Shown: piece by piece, positions 49,734-61,263 of the stretch
Layout of the letters: each line of letters starts with the position of its first letter
Numbering within the stretch: the stretch's first letter is position 1
Assembly: GCA_965197425.1 (NCBI GenBank)
Contig: CBDANC010000015.1
Location: 224,001-288,000 of the forward strand
Direction of reading: 5' to 3'
Source: Bdellovibrionales bacterium
GTDB taxonomy: Bacteria; Bdellovibrionota; Bdellovibrionia; Bdellovibrionales; JAUICD01
Length of the DNA stretch: 64,000 nucleotides
Translations under genes and position numbers: made by a program
Notes under the pieces: generated by a model
The model's input: the letters and a program-made list of their open reading frames with translations, nothing else
Database searches by the model: none
What the model was told of the DNA's origin: nothing

Positions 49734-50828
49734 TTAGTTCATTCGCTGTTCCAATAATACTTCAGCCTGTTCTAGATCACGAAGTGCTATGGTTAAATTG
49801 ACATTATCTTTATCACATTCCGGATGAACATCTACACCTTCAAACAATATATTTTCTATTCCTGGAAGTTTTTTATCTTCTTCACTAATTTTTTCTGTAA
49901 GCTGGGGTGTTATAGGATTATGTGTTATATTAAATCTCCTATTATATTCATTTAAAAATGAATGAGTTTGTTTAAGATGAACAATTAAGTTTTGGGTTTC
50001 GCTTGGTTCATCTTCCAAATTGTTGTTTTTAAGTTGTCTGTTTATGTCACAACTCATCTTACCTAGATTTTTTGCATCATATGCAAGTGCCATTGAGGCT
50101 AGTGGCCTTGGATCTAATCTAGGACCTTTTATTGCTGTACTTAGTAGCTCAAAACCTTCTGAAGTAGCTGCCGCAAGGGTGCTTGAACCAACTGCCAGTG
50201 TAAATTGCCACCTTTTGTAAGCAACAATATTATCTAGTGCTTTGGCTCTTTTGCTATTTGTTGGTACCAGGCTCCTCCACGCTGTAGATAATCTGCTATA
50301 CACCGGCTTCATGTTAGAGCTTTTTGGTACAATTCTTCTGTTTTTAACAATTTTAAATATGCTTGTGGCTGCTATTAAACCTAACCACACTCCAGCAGCA
50401 GTCTCATAATTTGTTGTAAGCCTTGTTGCTACATTTGTTTGTTCTCTTTCTCGTGCATCATCAGCATAAAGGGTTGATAGTTTGTCTAGGTAGGCAAGCA
50501 CCGGTTTCTTAGCCTCTAGTGACTGATTGTACAAACCTAGTGCAGTAAGTAGTACTTGATTAAACTGCTCGTTACTAATTGAGTCGTTCCAGTGTATGTT
50601 AGCCATCTCATTTGCTTTAGCTTCATTAAACATGCCATCTCGTACCTGGTCGTATGGGTTAACATCATCTGCATTGGAGTTAACAGCGTTGTTGTACGAA
50701 TTTATGTACTCAGAAAACCTGTCTGAGACATAGTTGGGGTTTTCATGTCTACTTAATCTTTGACCATCCCAAGTACTTTCTTGTGCATTTACTGAGCTAA
50801 CAATAGCAAGCCAAACTAGAGCTATCAC
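49734..50828 (-). CDS. Hypothetical secreted protein with internal hydrophobic helices
   Basis: Signal MIALVWLAIVSSVNA; 364-aa ORF. Confidence 0.7.
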   Translation of the reverse strand: MIALVWLAIVSSVNAQESTWDGQRLSRHENPNYVSDRFSEYINSYNNAVNSNADDVNPYDQVRDGMFNEAKANEMANIHWNDSISNEQFNQVLLTALGLYNQSLEAKKPVLAYLDKLSTLYADDAREREQTNVATRLTTNYETAAGVWLGLIAATSIFKIVKNRRIVPKSSNMKPVYSRLSTAWRSLVPTNSKRAKALDNIVAYKRWQFTLAVGSSTLAAATSEGFELLSTAIKGPRLDPRPLASMALAYDAKNLGKMSCDINRQLKNNNLEDEPSETQNLIVHLKQTHSFLNEYNRRFNITHNPITPQLTEKISEEDKKLPGIENILFEGVDVHPECDKDNVNLTIALRDLEQAEVLLEQRMN

Positions 50829-52882
50829 AAAGCACCTCCATGGGGTCTTTTGTCGCGTTGTTTTAAAATAGTTTTAAAACCTTCAGTCATTTTATTTCTC
50901 ATTTCTACTTCGAAGGATTCATTTCTATTTATTTCTGCGTGTATTCTTTTAGAAAAATTATCAAAAAACCCAACTCTCATTTTGTTTTTATACAAATGGA
51001 TCATAACCAAATGTAGATACGCAAAATATTGCGATGCTTGATATAACAATGAACTGGAATCTCTACAGAAGTTGCCTTGTCTGAAGCTATCATACCAAGC
51101 TCTATTTGATTGTTTAATATCTCTTTCTAACATAGTGAGCCTCAAATGATTTATAACCCTGTTGCTGTGTCTGTTTTGAATATTCTGAAAATCTAAACCT
51201 TTATAAACTGGCATTGCTAACACAATGGCTCGATCAATGTTGTTATATATTGAGTTTAGTATTTCTCCATTAGGAGTATAATTTCGTGTGGCTAAAGTGG
51301 TAGCCAGTCTGTTTACTTCATCCATTAATTCCAAATTTTGTAAATCAAGCGATCGATATAAGTTATTTACAGCATCTAGTTTCTGATTTTTTAACATTTC
51401 AATCAAACTAATTCTATAAATGTCATGTCTATATGAACCTTGAGCTTGTTCAGGCATGCATCTTGATTGTTGCATTCTTATTTGGGTAACATCATTTTCA
51501 AATGTATCAGTCGCTTCTTGCCATTTTAAATATGCTCTAATAACTTTTCCAGCATCTATGTTGGTTGAATTTGTTTGTGTTTGAAATTTTCTGTATGTAG
51601 TGTAGTTGTCGTCTTTTATGCTTAGGTCCGCTCTTATTTTGTTATGTGCAGACTCTATCCAAGAGATATCTCTCCAACCATCTTTAAAGGTTTGAATATC
51701 CTGTAACTTACCATTTAACTCCATACTCTTTTCAAGTATTGGCACATTGTAAAATCCAATTAGGTTATATACATCTTCCATTATTTCTCTACCTAAAATG
51801 TATGTTCTTTTAAGCTCCCCCTCTACTTTCCCTATCTTTTCATGAAGCTCTGGGTGTGTATTTAAGTTAAGTGAGTAAAAGTGATCTGGCATTTTTGAAA
51901 GAGATGATCTTAGGTTTCTAACTGATTGATCCAGCTCCCCAATCTGTCCTTTAAGTTCTGATTCAAAGTTATTTCTTTTTGCTTTATTGAGGTAGTGCTT
52001 AACACCTGCTTCTACCCCTTCATATGCAACCATGCTTCCGCCAAAAACTAACACTTGTGGCCCGAGGACTGCTCCTATACTCAATCCGCCCCTAACCACT
52101 TTTGTTGTTGTACTTATATTTTTTATGGCTTTTGCTCTTTGTATCATTCTCATTGCACCAAAAGCTCCTAGGTTAAATCCCATAGAGGTAAGTCCTGCTA
52201 CAACTTCTCTTTCTAGCATTTCACCTAGTGCATGTATATTTGTTGCCTCTAAGCCGCCTTGTAATGATCCTATAGCGGGGCAATCTAATACAAGTGCTGG
52301 ATCTACTGGAATATCAGGGCTCGAAAACCTATTTTTTTTCAATAGAAGCAAATCCCTGTTTGTAACGGCTTCCTTTGTAATGTAGCCCATCATGGCTAGT
52401 CGAAATAACAAATGACCTATCTTTGCGATTCTTCTAGTGGAATTTATGTCTCTAAAAATCAGGAGCGTCATAAGGCTTGTGTACATGTTAGAGCCTGAGT
52501 TATTTGCCCTATATTCTTTAAAATATTCCGTACTTAATAGGGGCAAATACCTTCTTTCCCACTCAGACCTGATAGCAATATCTAATATACACATATCGAC
52601 TGGGTATGTTTTGGCACTTTCGTTAACCATAGATAGTTTTTCCAAGTATTCTTCTTCCTGAAAATTTTCAAAAATGTCTGCTACTATTGCATCTTCGCAC
52701 TCATTTATGTGATGTTGTGACTGTGAATTTTTTGTTAGATAAATATAGTGAGTTAATTTGTCAGATAACTTGCTACTTTGGTGTAAGCAGTTTGAAAGGG
52801 CATAATTTTGATATTGCATGCTAGCACTAGCTGTATCCAAAAAGGATGATACTAGTAGTAGTATAAAGTAATGCACTATCAC
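50825..52882 (-). CDS. Hypothetical secreted protein with Gly-rich hydrophobic helices and coiled coil
   Basis: Signal-like N-terminus ending TASA; 685 aa. Confidence 0.7.
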   Translation of the reverse strand: MIVHYFILLLVSSFLDTASASMQYQNYALSNCLHQSSKLSDKLTHYIYLTKNSQSQHHINECEDAIVADIFENFQEEEYLEKLSMVNESAKTYPVDMCILDIAIRSEWERRYLPLLSTEYFKEYRANNSGSNMYTSLMTLLIFRDINSTRRIAKIGHLLFRLAMMGYITKEAVTNRDLLLLKKNRFSSPDIPVDPALVLDCPAIGSLQGGLEATNIHALGEMLEREVVAGLTSMGFNLGAFGAMRMIQRAKAIKNISTTTKVVRGGLSIGAVLGPQVLVFGGSMVAYEGVEAGVKHYLNKAKRNNFESELKGQIGELDQSVRNLRSSLSKMPDHFYSLNLNTHPELHEKIGKVEGELKRTYILGREIMEDVYNLIGFYNVPILEKSMELNGKLQDIQTFKDGWRDISWIESAHNKIRADLSIKDDNYTTYRKFQTQTNSTNIDAGKVIRAYLKWQEATDTFENDVTQIRMQQSRCMPEQAQGSYRHDIYRISLIEMLKNQKLDAVNNLYRSLDLQNLELMDEVNRLATTLATRNYTPNGEILNSIYNNIDRAIVLAMPVYKGLDFQNIQNRHSNRVINHLRLTMLERDIKQSNRAWYDSFRQGNFCRDSSSLLYQASQYFAYLHLVMIHLYKNKMRVGFFDNFSKRIHAEINRNESFEVEMRNKMTEGFKTILKQRDKRPHGGAL

Positions 52883-52883
52883 C

Positions 52884-55800
52884 TCAACCGCTTATGACAG
52901 TTATTTTTTTGCCATTTATTGTTAAATTATTTCTGGTTATTGTTTTTTCGATAAGTCTTGGTTCTGATCTGGACAGCTCTACTATTTTTCCGTTAATCCA
53001 ACCTCTGTTATCTCCTTGTGCAAAACCAAGTCTCATATTTTGTAGTCTATTTAACAAATTTCTCATCAGCAAAGAGTTTTTTGCTCTTTGTCTCAAAATA
53101 ATATGTTTGCTTGTAAGTGATTTTTCCAATGCTCTTAGCTCTGCCACTCTTCTAGATGAAGATGCTTGTATTGCTTTATTTATTTCTAATTTAATTATGT
53201 CAGGATGTATTTCAAATGGGTTAATATTATATCGTTCTTTTAATGGTCCTAGTGCTCTTGCATGATTGATAAAACTTCTATGATAAGTATTGTGAAATCT
53301 CTCAATCGTTCTTATTGCTCGAGTTTGTGCAGGAGTTAGTCCTGACATAGCTTTTAATTTTGCTATATTCCAGTCGAACTCTCCTGGGTTAATTCCCAGT
53401 GACTTTAATGCTTCGGTGATCTTTTTTTCTTTTGCTCCAAATATCAGTTTTGAAGTTCTATTTAAAACAGGTTCAAACATTTTTATCCCTGTCAAACCCC
53501 CAATAATTGCTGGTGTAAGTATTAGAGCTATTGCACCAATTGTGGCAACTTGAGCATTGTTTGCAAACCTAGCCATTTCATATTCTTTTTCGCTTAATTC
53601 CAGGGTCATTAAGTCCATTATTTCATTAGAGCCTAGGGTTGAGTAGTATAAGTTTTCTCTGATCTCATGATTTGGTTTTACTTCATTGTTTAGTTGGTTT
53701 CTAGAATACAAAACTTGTATTGCTGTGATAGGTATTAGTGCAATAAAGTGTCCCGTAACCACAGGACCTGCAGACATCCAAAAGGACTCAATAAACGATG
53801 TGAACCCACGTGCACCAGCCTTAGGTAACCATTTAGGTAATGCTCCACTTACCAGGCGTAATATCCATGCATAAAACATAATGTTTGTGGCTCCTAGTAA
53901 GTTTTCCGTCACCTTGCCGAAGGTAGCTTCTGTATTGCCAAGCTCCATGTGTTCATTTAATCTAGCTAGGTGAAAGTCTAGCTGCTCTGGTGCTTGGTTG
54001 TTAAGGGTATTTAGTACGCCTGAGGACTGGACAATTTTTATTGTGTTGTCTATGTCACTTTCTTGTATCAGTTTATTTAGCTCTTCTTCTGCCATTGCTT
54101 CTTGCAAAATCATTGCTGGGTTTACAACATTTTTAACATCGTCTATACAAGCTTCCCAATGAGGAGTTTCGTCGGTACACAATTCATAAATAATTTCGTA
54201 AATATTTTTGTTTTCGTCTGGAGAGAATTTTTTATCAAGAAGCCTTGTTTCGTTTAGTTCTCTGGTTCTATATATCTGTTGATATCTATTTTCATACCAC
54301 TGAGAGTTGTTTATAGTGAATCTGTTTTTAAGGTAACTAAATGGGTTGGGAGCTATTCCTCCTCTATCTGGATCAGGTAAATTTGATAATATACCCCTTA
54401 AACCAGGTTCGTTAGTTTCTTCTTGTGTGAGATAAAAACCCATGTTGTACCCTAGCTGTGACAATTCTCTAAGTGCTATTGTAGCTCTAGTTTTGCCAGC
54501 TTGTTCAAACACATTATCATCTGTATTTTCAGTATCTATGGCTAATATTTGGTTAACTCTATCTACACCAAGTTGTTCTTCGTTGTTTGATTTTAAAGTA
54601 TCGCTATCGGCTAACACTTCTGAAGCTAAGCTTTGAATGACTTGATGAAATGTTTGTTTTGCATCGTTATATGAATCGGATTGTTCTAAAATAAAATCCA
54701 TCCATCCTTGTGTATATGTGTCTATCTGTAAGTTTTTTTGAAAACCGATTGTTTCATATAGTATATCTGCGTCTATGGGAGTGTTTTCGTCTAGTAGCCA
54801 TAATAGGTCATAGAGATCTTGTGATATTTCCATGAGCTCATGAACAAACTCTAAATTTTGTTGTTCATAAAGCAAGTCTGCCTTTTGTCTTATCTTTGAA
54901 ATCCACGATGTTAATAAATCGGAGTTGTAGAGTTCAACTATTAGATCTAGTTTTCTAGATTCGAGTTGTAGTTGTACGAACCCGCTATTCCCAAAAATTG
55001 AATTGTGCTCTGTCTGTGTTAACCTAGGTATTTCAAATGATTCGCCCGTAGAGGAATCTATAAACTCTGATTGAAACATATCTTCAAAGGGCATAAGTTG
55101 TGCATATTGTGTGTTCGATTTGGCACTTGCGAATATATCTACAAGTGCAGCTTTTAGGGATTCATTTTCTAAACATGTATTTAGCGAAGGGCAGCTAAGT
55201 TTAGATGGCCAAGATTGTATTTGGTGTTCTACAAATGTGCTGAATTCTGAAAACTCAGCAATTTGTAGTGACAAATCTGTAACTTGGTATTCTAGTTTAG
55301 GAATGTTTAGTTGATTGAACGCACTTATATATGAATCATTTGCAATTATCAGATCTTGCCACTCACTATTAACAGTGGCATCAATAAATTGGTTTAGGGT
55401 AAGATCATTATATAATGCATATTCTGTAACATTGCTAACCGGAACCTTAAACATAATTTCAGTTATAGCCTCATATACTGCTCGTCTAAAAATATTTTCT
55501 CTTTCTTCTTCAAGGGTTTTTTGCCAGATTTCTGGGAACATGGTAGTAGTTTCATAATCACTTTGTTCAAGTGATGCCATGGTTGGGATTTTAGGATTTT
55601 CAATACCCCTTAGTCTTTGTGAATTTAAAATACTGTTAAAGTATAGTTGTATTATGGGATACCGTACTAGTTTAGAAAAAGATTGGTCAGTATCCTGTGA
55701 TGTTTCTACTGCAATTTTATAACCTGCTAAAATAGAAGGATTTACCTTTAAAATAATATTTTCGTTGGCTTCTTCTATTATGGTCAAGCCAGATTCATTA

Positions 55801-56294
55801 GACGAACTAAAACTATCTTTTAGATTTGATCCTGACATTTCATTGAAGATGCCCGTAGGTATAGTTAAGTTGTATCGATTTATGTTTAGGTTATCTATTC
55901 TTAATCCAGAGTAAATTTTAGAAATCAGTATCTCCAACGCAACAGCATGGGTTTTTGCAATTAACAATACTTTATTTGTAACCATAGAGCTGTAGTCTTC
56001 ATGTGCTAATAATTCGTATTGTGATGTGGATAGATAGGTGTTTACTTCATCTCTTACTTCTTCAAATTGCATATCTATATTTTGGAATTCTTCAGTGGTA
56101 GGTATGCCACCTGATACACCTGGAACATCTGGTGCAAATGATCTTGTGTAAACATCGTAAGAAAGTGCTTGTAGCCCTTCTATCTTTTGATATAGAGCTC
56201 TTGTGTGATTGAATTGCTCTTCTATTTCTTGAGCTAGTACTGTACCATTTAAAAACAGAGAACACAAAACGCCAATTAAACTAAGCCTTGCCAA
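52884..56294 (-). CDS. Large hypothetical secreted protein
   Basis: Signal ending TVLA; GGAGG RBS; acidic helical body, three hydrophobic segments, basic C-terminus; 1136 aa. Confidence 0.72.
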   Translation of the reverse strand: MARLSLIGVLCSLFLNGTVLAQEIEEQFNHTRALYQKIEGLQALSYDVYTRSFAPDVPGVSGGIPTTEEFQNIDMQFEEVRDEVNTYLSTSQYELLAHEDYSSMVTNKVLLIAKTHAVALEILISKIYSGLRIDNLNINRYNLTIPTGIFNEMSGSNLKDSFSSSNESGLTIIEEANENIILKVNPSILAGYKIAVETSQDTDQSFSKLVRYPIIQLYFNSILNSQRLRGIENPKIPTMASLEQSDYETTTMFPEIWQKTLEEERENIFRRAVYEAITEIMFKVPVSNVTEYALYNDLTLNQFIDATVNSEWQDLIIANDSYISAFNQLNIPKLEYQVTDLSLQIAEFSEFSTFVEHQIQSWPSKLSCPSLNTCLENESLKAALVDIFASAKSNTQYAQLMPFEDMFQSEFIDSSTGESFEIPRLTQTEHNSIFGNSGFVQLQLESRKLDLIVELYNSDLLTSWISKIRQKADLLYEQQNLEFVHELMEISQDLYDLLWLLDENTPIDADILYETIGFQKNLQIDTYTQGWMDFILEQSDSYNDAKQTFHQVIQSLASEVLADSDTLKSNNEEQLGVDRVNQILAIDTENTDDNVFEQAGKTRATIALRELSQLGYNMGFYLTQEETNEPGLRGILSNLPDPDRGGIAPNPFSYLKNRFTINNSQWYENRYQQIYRTRELNETRLLDKKFSPDENKNIYEIIYELCTDETPHWEACIDDVKNVVNPAMILQEAMAEEELNKLIQESDIDNTIKIVQSSGVLNTLNNQAPEQLDFHLARLNEHMELGNTEATFGKVTENLLGATNIMFYAWILRLVSGALPKWLPKAGARGFTSFIESFWMSAGPVVTGHFIALIPITAIQVLYSRNQLNNEVKPNHEIRENLYYSTLGSNEIMDLMTLELSEKEYEMARFANNAQVATIGAIALILTPAIIGGLTGIKMFEPVLNRTSKLIFGAKEKKITEALKSLGINPGEFDWNIAKLKAMSGLTPAQTRAIRTIERFHNTYHRSFINHARALGPLKERYNINPFEIHPDIIKLEINKAIQASSSRRVAELRALEKSLTSKHIILRQRAKNSLLMRNLLNRLQNMRLGFAQGDNRGWINGKIVELSRSEPRLIEKTITRNNLTINGKKITVISG

Positions 56295-56768
56295 CGTGTT
56301 GTACCTCCGTTGTCTTTTCGGTTTTTGTATATCCTTGCTTTAAAATCAAAACCTGATCTGGGCAGATAAGTATTTACCCTACCTCTTACTTTTTGAAGCT
56401 GCGCCAGCTGCGTTTATTTCGTGCTTTCTATATGTTTTGTGTTTTGGAATTTACTCAGTAAGTAGGTGCTTTGTACTTTATACCTGGCATCGGGTTTAAA
56501 CAACCAAAGAAGTGGTTTATGAAAAAATTTCTTTAGTTTGGATATTTGATTATGTTTGAAAATTATTCATTTAGTATTCAAACTGTGGATCAAAAATGTC
56601 AAAATACTTGATCTAATTTGAGTTCTAATGTACATTTGCCACATCTTTTGGAGTCAATATTCTATTAATAGTTTGCAGATATCTAGTTGTCATGCGGTAG
56701 TTTGTTAGTAGATATTAATCAATAATCATTAACAACCCTTGAGAGGGTCTAATCAAGAGAGGTTTTAG

Positions 56769-57626
56769 ATGAAGAGGTTCAATTCTTTTTTATTTGTCGC
56801 GGTTTTATTTGCGACTTCTAGTGTATTTGCACAAGGTGTGCAAGTTATAAGAGCATTTAATACAGCCATAGGAGCATCAAATTCTGCTAGAATTACTCAT
56901 AGTGCTGCAGCAAGATCTCTGATTACTCAGGCAACTTCTGCTAGAATAGCAGGCGTTAGTTTGTCTGCCCTTAGTTCAGTTAATGCTTTCGAATCAGCTA
57001 TAACCAGTATATTAAACAGTAACGATGCCAATTTGAAACAGCAGGCTAATAATTTTCTTGTGGCCGTAGCGTCGGCAACTACTAAGATTGGAGAAGAATC
57101 AGCTAGAGCAGTCATTAACAACCACTTAAATGTTTCTGCTCTTGGACTTAGTGATGCTGCTCAGAAAGGTTCGTTACAGGTCGGATCTGCGAGAGCAAGT
57201 GTAACAACTTCTTTAAGTCAGCATGCAACTGATAAAGCTCTTAAGGAGATAGAGGAGTTTGCAAAAGCTGTAGTTCAGAGAAAAGATAGAACAGAAGACT
57301 CTAAGCTTACAGCTAAGTTGGATGAAGCTACTTCTGAGTTGAAAGATGCTGTGAACAAATCTGGTCTTGTTCTTCTAGGTGAAGGGGTAGAACATTGTGT
57401 AACATCTTGGGCCCCTGAGTTTAACATTCAGGTTGCCAATTTAATTGCTATTTTAGCTCATACTGACGATGCATCTACTTACAGAGAAGCGTACTCCAAC
57501 CTATCGTCTGGGGCAAAGAGTATACTTGGTGTTACCGATGACAAAGAAATAAACGAAAGGTTTAATGCTTTGTCAAAACCTGATGGTTGTCGTGCGATAT
57601 CTCCTGCTGTGACTGCTGCTGCTTAA
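56769..57626 (+). CDS. Ala/Ser-rich hypothetical secreted protein
   Basis: Signal MKRFNSFLFVAVLFATSSVFA; GAGG RBS; own terminator. Confidence 0.75.
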   Translation: MKRFNSFLFVAVLFATSSVFAQGVQVIRAFNTAIGASNSARITHSAAARSLITQATSARIAGVSLSALSSVNAFESAITSILNSNDANLKQQANNFLVAVASATTKIGEESARAVINNHLNVSALGLSDAAQKGSLQVGSARASVTTSLSQHATDKALKEIEEFAKAVVQRKDRTEDSKLTAKLDEATSELKDAVNKSGLVLLGEGVEHCVTSWAPEFNIQVANLIAILAHTDDASTYREAYSNLSSGAKSILGVTDDKEINERFNALSKPDGCRAISPAVTAAA

Positions 57627-57661
57627 GATTTATCTTTAAAAGTACATACATATAGGAAAAC

Positions 57662-57693
57662 AAAAAGAAGGCATAATTCTATGCCTTCTTTTT
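57662..57693. terminator. Intrinsic (bidirectional-type) terminator
   Basis: AAAAAGAAGGCATA-ATTC-TATGCCTTCTTTTT, perfect 14-bp inverted repeat. Confidence 0.9.
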
Positions 57694-57773
57694 TAACAGA
57701 TTCTTTTTTAAGTTAAAGAAAGTTGCTCTTTTTCTATTTATTGATGTTTCATAAAATCCGATGAGTCTAGGTC

Positions 57774-60700
57774 ATGGTTTTGAAATCGCTAGTATTTTTA
57801 ATTTCGTTTTCTCTTTCGAGTTCTCATGCCAGTGCGCTTAGTTTTGTAGGTCCTGATACAATAAAGGCACCAGCTGATTACAAGATGGAAAAGGAAATCC
57901 TTGTTTCGGGTGATTCGGGTTTAGAAGCGCGGGTAAATGAGGAAGGTATCACTATTACAATGGATACCAAAGATGAAGTTGTAGAAGCTAAAATTGAAAA
58001 GACAAATAACAGAGGTTTAGAGTCTGCAAGCCCTAGGCGCATAAGACAAGTGTTAAGTCGTGTTGGTAGTACAGGATACAGCTTAGGTAGATATGCAGTA
58101 TTACAATACCCAGCAGAGGCACTAGGTTTTTACCTCGCATTAACCGCAATGTCTGTCTGGGAGTGTATGGTTAATGTAAATATAAGACCTTTGTCAGGTG
58201 TACCTTTAAACCTGACTACCTCCGAAAATCCTATGGCATGTACAGAACTTATGCAATCCTTGAAGGATCCAGTAACCCATGTTTCTTTTGCCATATTTAT
58301 ACAAACAAATAAACACACAGCAAGTCTGTTGAGCCGCTATCACGATAGCTTTAAAGCTAGGCATCGTAGAAGCTATATTCCTGCTAGTATGGCAAAATAT
58401 TTAGGGCTTGCTGCCGGTAGTTTGGTATCCACACTTGCCAGTGAGTTTATGACGGATCCTAATATCAGATATATTGCTGCTAACTTTTTTAGAGATAAAA
58501 ATCCTATCGAACAACGAAGATTTGATCAAGCTATGGATAATGCTTACAACAAGTGGATCAGTTCAAATATGACCGTGTATGGTCATCATGTTGTATCTTT
58601 ACTAGCTTCTGCTGTTACTGCTTCACTAGTAACTAGTATGGGGACTAAAATTTTTAGATCCCTACAATCTGTCTATGGAAGATCGGGCAAAAAAGGAAAA
58701 CTTGGTGCAGATGATGTACCGGTTCCCGAGGAACAAGTATTACGCTACGGCCAAAAAATTGTTAAAAGATTTAAGTTTCCCTATTTGAAATTTTCTGTCA
58801 TGGCTCTTTCTAGAGTTGGCGGAACTGCAGTGCTAGCTTTTGAAGTTGCCTCACTTCTACATTTCTTTTTCTGGGAACATACCGTCTATGGACCATTTAC
58901 TAAAAAACTATTAATGCAGGAAGAATCAAGCGCTGAGCTAAAATTTTACCAAAGTGAAATTATAAAATATCTTGCTTATGCAAATAAAAAGGAAGACAGT
59001 TTTTATTTACAAGCTAAAACCCCAGTAAGAGATTTTGTGTATGACAATTTACACACAAGAGAAAAGATAGATGTTAGGAACAGCTACCTACAGTCCAATA
59101 GCGAGGTATGTGGGTATAGCCTTTCAGAGGGTGAAAACAGAGCAGATTTTAATACAAAATCTGAAGAGCTAATAAACAAAAGCATATTATCATCAGGTTA
59201 CCAGTATACCAAGGAACTTTGTCCTTCATTGGTTCAATTACCTAATTTACTAAACAGAGATTTTACAAAAAATTTGAATAAAGTAGTTGATGTTACTCGG
59301 ACAGTTCCAAATCCAAAAACAACCCTTCAAATGGTATACGATAACGGTCACGGAATTAACCCTGACGGCATTGGAGTTCGGGTAATTCCGGGTCCGGACA
59401 TAAGTATTCAAGAGATACTCTTAGATAACATATTTAAGCATCAAGAGGTGTTGGTTAATTACTATGGGGCAATTGGAGAAAGGGTAAGACATTTATATGA
59501 ATCATGGCGCACATTTTTTGAGCCCTATGAGCTTAATGTTCACACTGTTACAAGCTTTTATTATTCTATAATAAAACACAAAGGTCAGAATCTATTTCCA
59601 GAGGGTTTTGATTACTGGAAGAGTAAGGGGGTTATGGACTCTATGTTCTACAATGTTAGACCTCTCGAAAATGCAGTACAACAAACCTCTAGCAGATTGA
59701 CCTGGGAAAATTATTTGGCACGCCTAGGAGTTGATAGCAAAGCGATAGTAAAGTTTTCCAATAACCAACTAAGGCCAATACACAGAATGCTATTAAGTAT
59801 GAGAACACTATTTGGTAATAACCCAAGTGAGGAAAGGAAGGCAGCTATAGAGTTTTTAAATAATGGGTTTAGTCCTACTCATTTAGGAAGATTCAAGAAG
59901 TACGACTATCAGGTAAGAAACTATGCCATAAATAAAGGTTTAAAGCTAGAAGTAGTAGATAAGCTAGATACCAATGCAATTCAAAAGACAATTGATCACT
60001 TGGAAGGTTTGGATCCTTGGGATGTGCCAACTTATATATATGCTCTAAACACTGGTAGGTTTAAATTGAATGATTTAAAAAACACGTCAATAGAAAGCCT
60101 CACACAGAGTTTGGGGGGCAGACAAGCTATTTTACTTTCCATATCTCAAGATCAAATCAGGTACTTGAGTGGGGAAACCATACCACTGGTAGATCCATCT
60201 ATGCGTTTTGAAATAACATCATCTATCCACAGTGAAACATCAGAAACAGGTACAATTAAAGATGGCATTGTTTATAAAAACAATTTGGAAGAAATTTTGA
60301 TTCACATGACCTGCGGAAAAGCCCCAAATGAGATGAGCAACCTTTTATCACAAGAGGCTGGTCAAAATAGAATGGCTAGAAGGAGGAATATACTGGGGCC
60401 ACTTACTCTTACGCCTCCTAGATTATTAAGGAAAAATGAAGATATATGTTCTTATAGAAAGCCAGGATACTGGTATAATCGTATACACAACGAATTTTTC
60501 GATAAAACTCGAAGAAAAATGTATGCAAATTTGCTAGATTATGCTATACAGAATGTACACCTTACGGAGCCAGAATTCATAGACTGGTGGTCTGGTATTC
60601 AAGGCAGAAACGATATTGAATACAAGAGGTATTTCGAAAAATATAGAGAATCTGTCCAAGCTCATATAACTAGTGCTTTCTACACTGATTCATACGATAG

Positions 60701-61253
60701 GTTTACTGGTGGCTTGGTAGGAGCGGTATTAAATTTAATTAAAGATAGTAAAACAGACACGTCTATAAAATCACTAAGCTTTGCAAATGGAATAAAAAAC
60801 TTATCTGATGATTATGTAGATTACTATCTTAGAATATTGGCGTTAATTACTCCAAGAGATAAAGAGTTTTTAGAAAGGATGTATGGATTTATTGATGCAA
60901 TTAGAGAGCTTACAATAAACTCTGAAAATTATGATGGAGAAATTAGATGGCGGTTTTCTAGTTTGGAAGAATATATAAAGGATGAAAAAATAAATAATGA
61001 AGGTTGGCACCAGTCGTATTTTGAAGATATGTCCGATATTGATTGGTATAAATTAGTGGTTAGTGAGTTACTGAAGAATATGAGTTTTGAATTTGAAAAT
61101 CAACTAGCTTTAAGAAAAACAGACTTAAACATTGAGGAAGACAATGCTGTGGCATTAGGTCAAATTGCAGACAATATTCTTAATAATATAGATGAGATTA
61201 TACAGCAAAAAGTTACATTTTCTTTGATGACACAGGTATTGCAGACAAGATAG
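57774..61253 (+). CDS. Large hypothetical secreted protein with N-terminal hydrophobic helices
   Basis: Signal ending SHASA; 1159 aa. Confidence 0.72.
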   Translation: MVLKSLVFLISFSLSSSHASALSFVGPDTIKAPADYKMEKEILVSGDSGLEARVNEEGITITMDTKDEVVEAKIEKTNNRGLESASPRRIRQVLSRVGSTGYSLGRYAVLQYPAEALGFYLALTAMSVWECMVNVNIRPLSGVPLNLTTSENPMACTELMQSLKDPVTHVSFAIFIQTNKHTASLLSRYHDSFKARHRRSYIPASMAKYLGLAAGSLVSTLASEFMTDPNIRYIAANFFRDKNPIEQRRFDQAMDNAYNKWISSNMTVYGHHVVSLLASAVTASLVTSMGTKIFRSLQSVYGRSGKKGKLGADDVPVPEEQVLRYGQKIVKRFKFPYLKFSVMALSRVGGTAVLAFEVASLLHFFFWEHTVYGPFTKKLLMQEESSAELKFYQSEIIKYLAYANKKEDSFYLQAKTPVRDFVYDNLHTREKIDVRNSYLQSNSEVCGYSLSEGENRADFNTKSEELINKSILSSGYQYTKELCPSLVQLPNLLNRDFTKNLNKVVDVTRTVPNPKTTLQMVYDNGHGINPDGIGVRVIPGPDISIQEILLDNIFKHQEVLVNYYGAIGERVRHLYESWRTFFEPYELNVHTVTSFYYSIIKHKGQNLFPEGFDYWKSKGVMDSMFYNVRPLENAVQQTSSRLTWENYLARLGVDSKAIVKFSNNQLRPIHRMLLSMRTLFGNNPSEERKAAIEFLNNGFSPTHLGRFKKYDYQVRNYAINKGLKLEVVDKLDTNAIQKTIDHLEGLDPWDVPTYIYALNTGRFKLNDLKNTSIESLTQSLGGRQAILLSISQDQIRYLSGETIPLVDPSMRFEITSSIHSETSETGTIKDGIVYKNNLEEILIHMTCGKAPNEMSNLLSQEAGQNRMARRRNILGPLTLTPPRLLRKNEDICSYRKPGYWYNRIHNEFFDKTRRKMYANLLDYAIQNVHLTEPEFIDWWSGIQGRNDIEYKRYFEKYRESVQAHITSAFYTDSYDRFTGGLVGAVLNLIKDSKTDTSIKSLSFANGIKNLSDDYVDYYLRILALITPRDKEFLERMYGFIDAIRELTINSENYDGEIRWRFSSLEEYIKDEKINNEGWHQSYFEDMSDIDWYKLVVSELLKNMSFEFENQLALRKTDLNIEEDNAVALGQIADNILNNIDEIIQQKVTFSLMTQVLQTR

Positions 61254-61263
61254 GAGGATTTAT

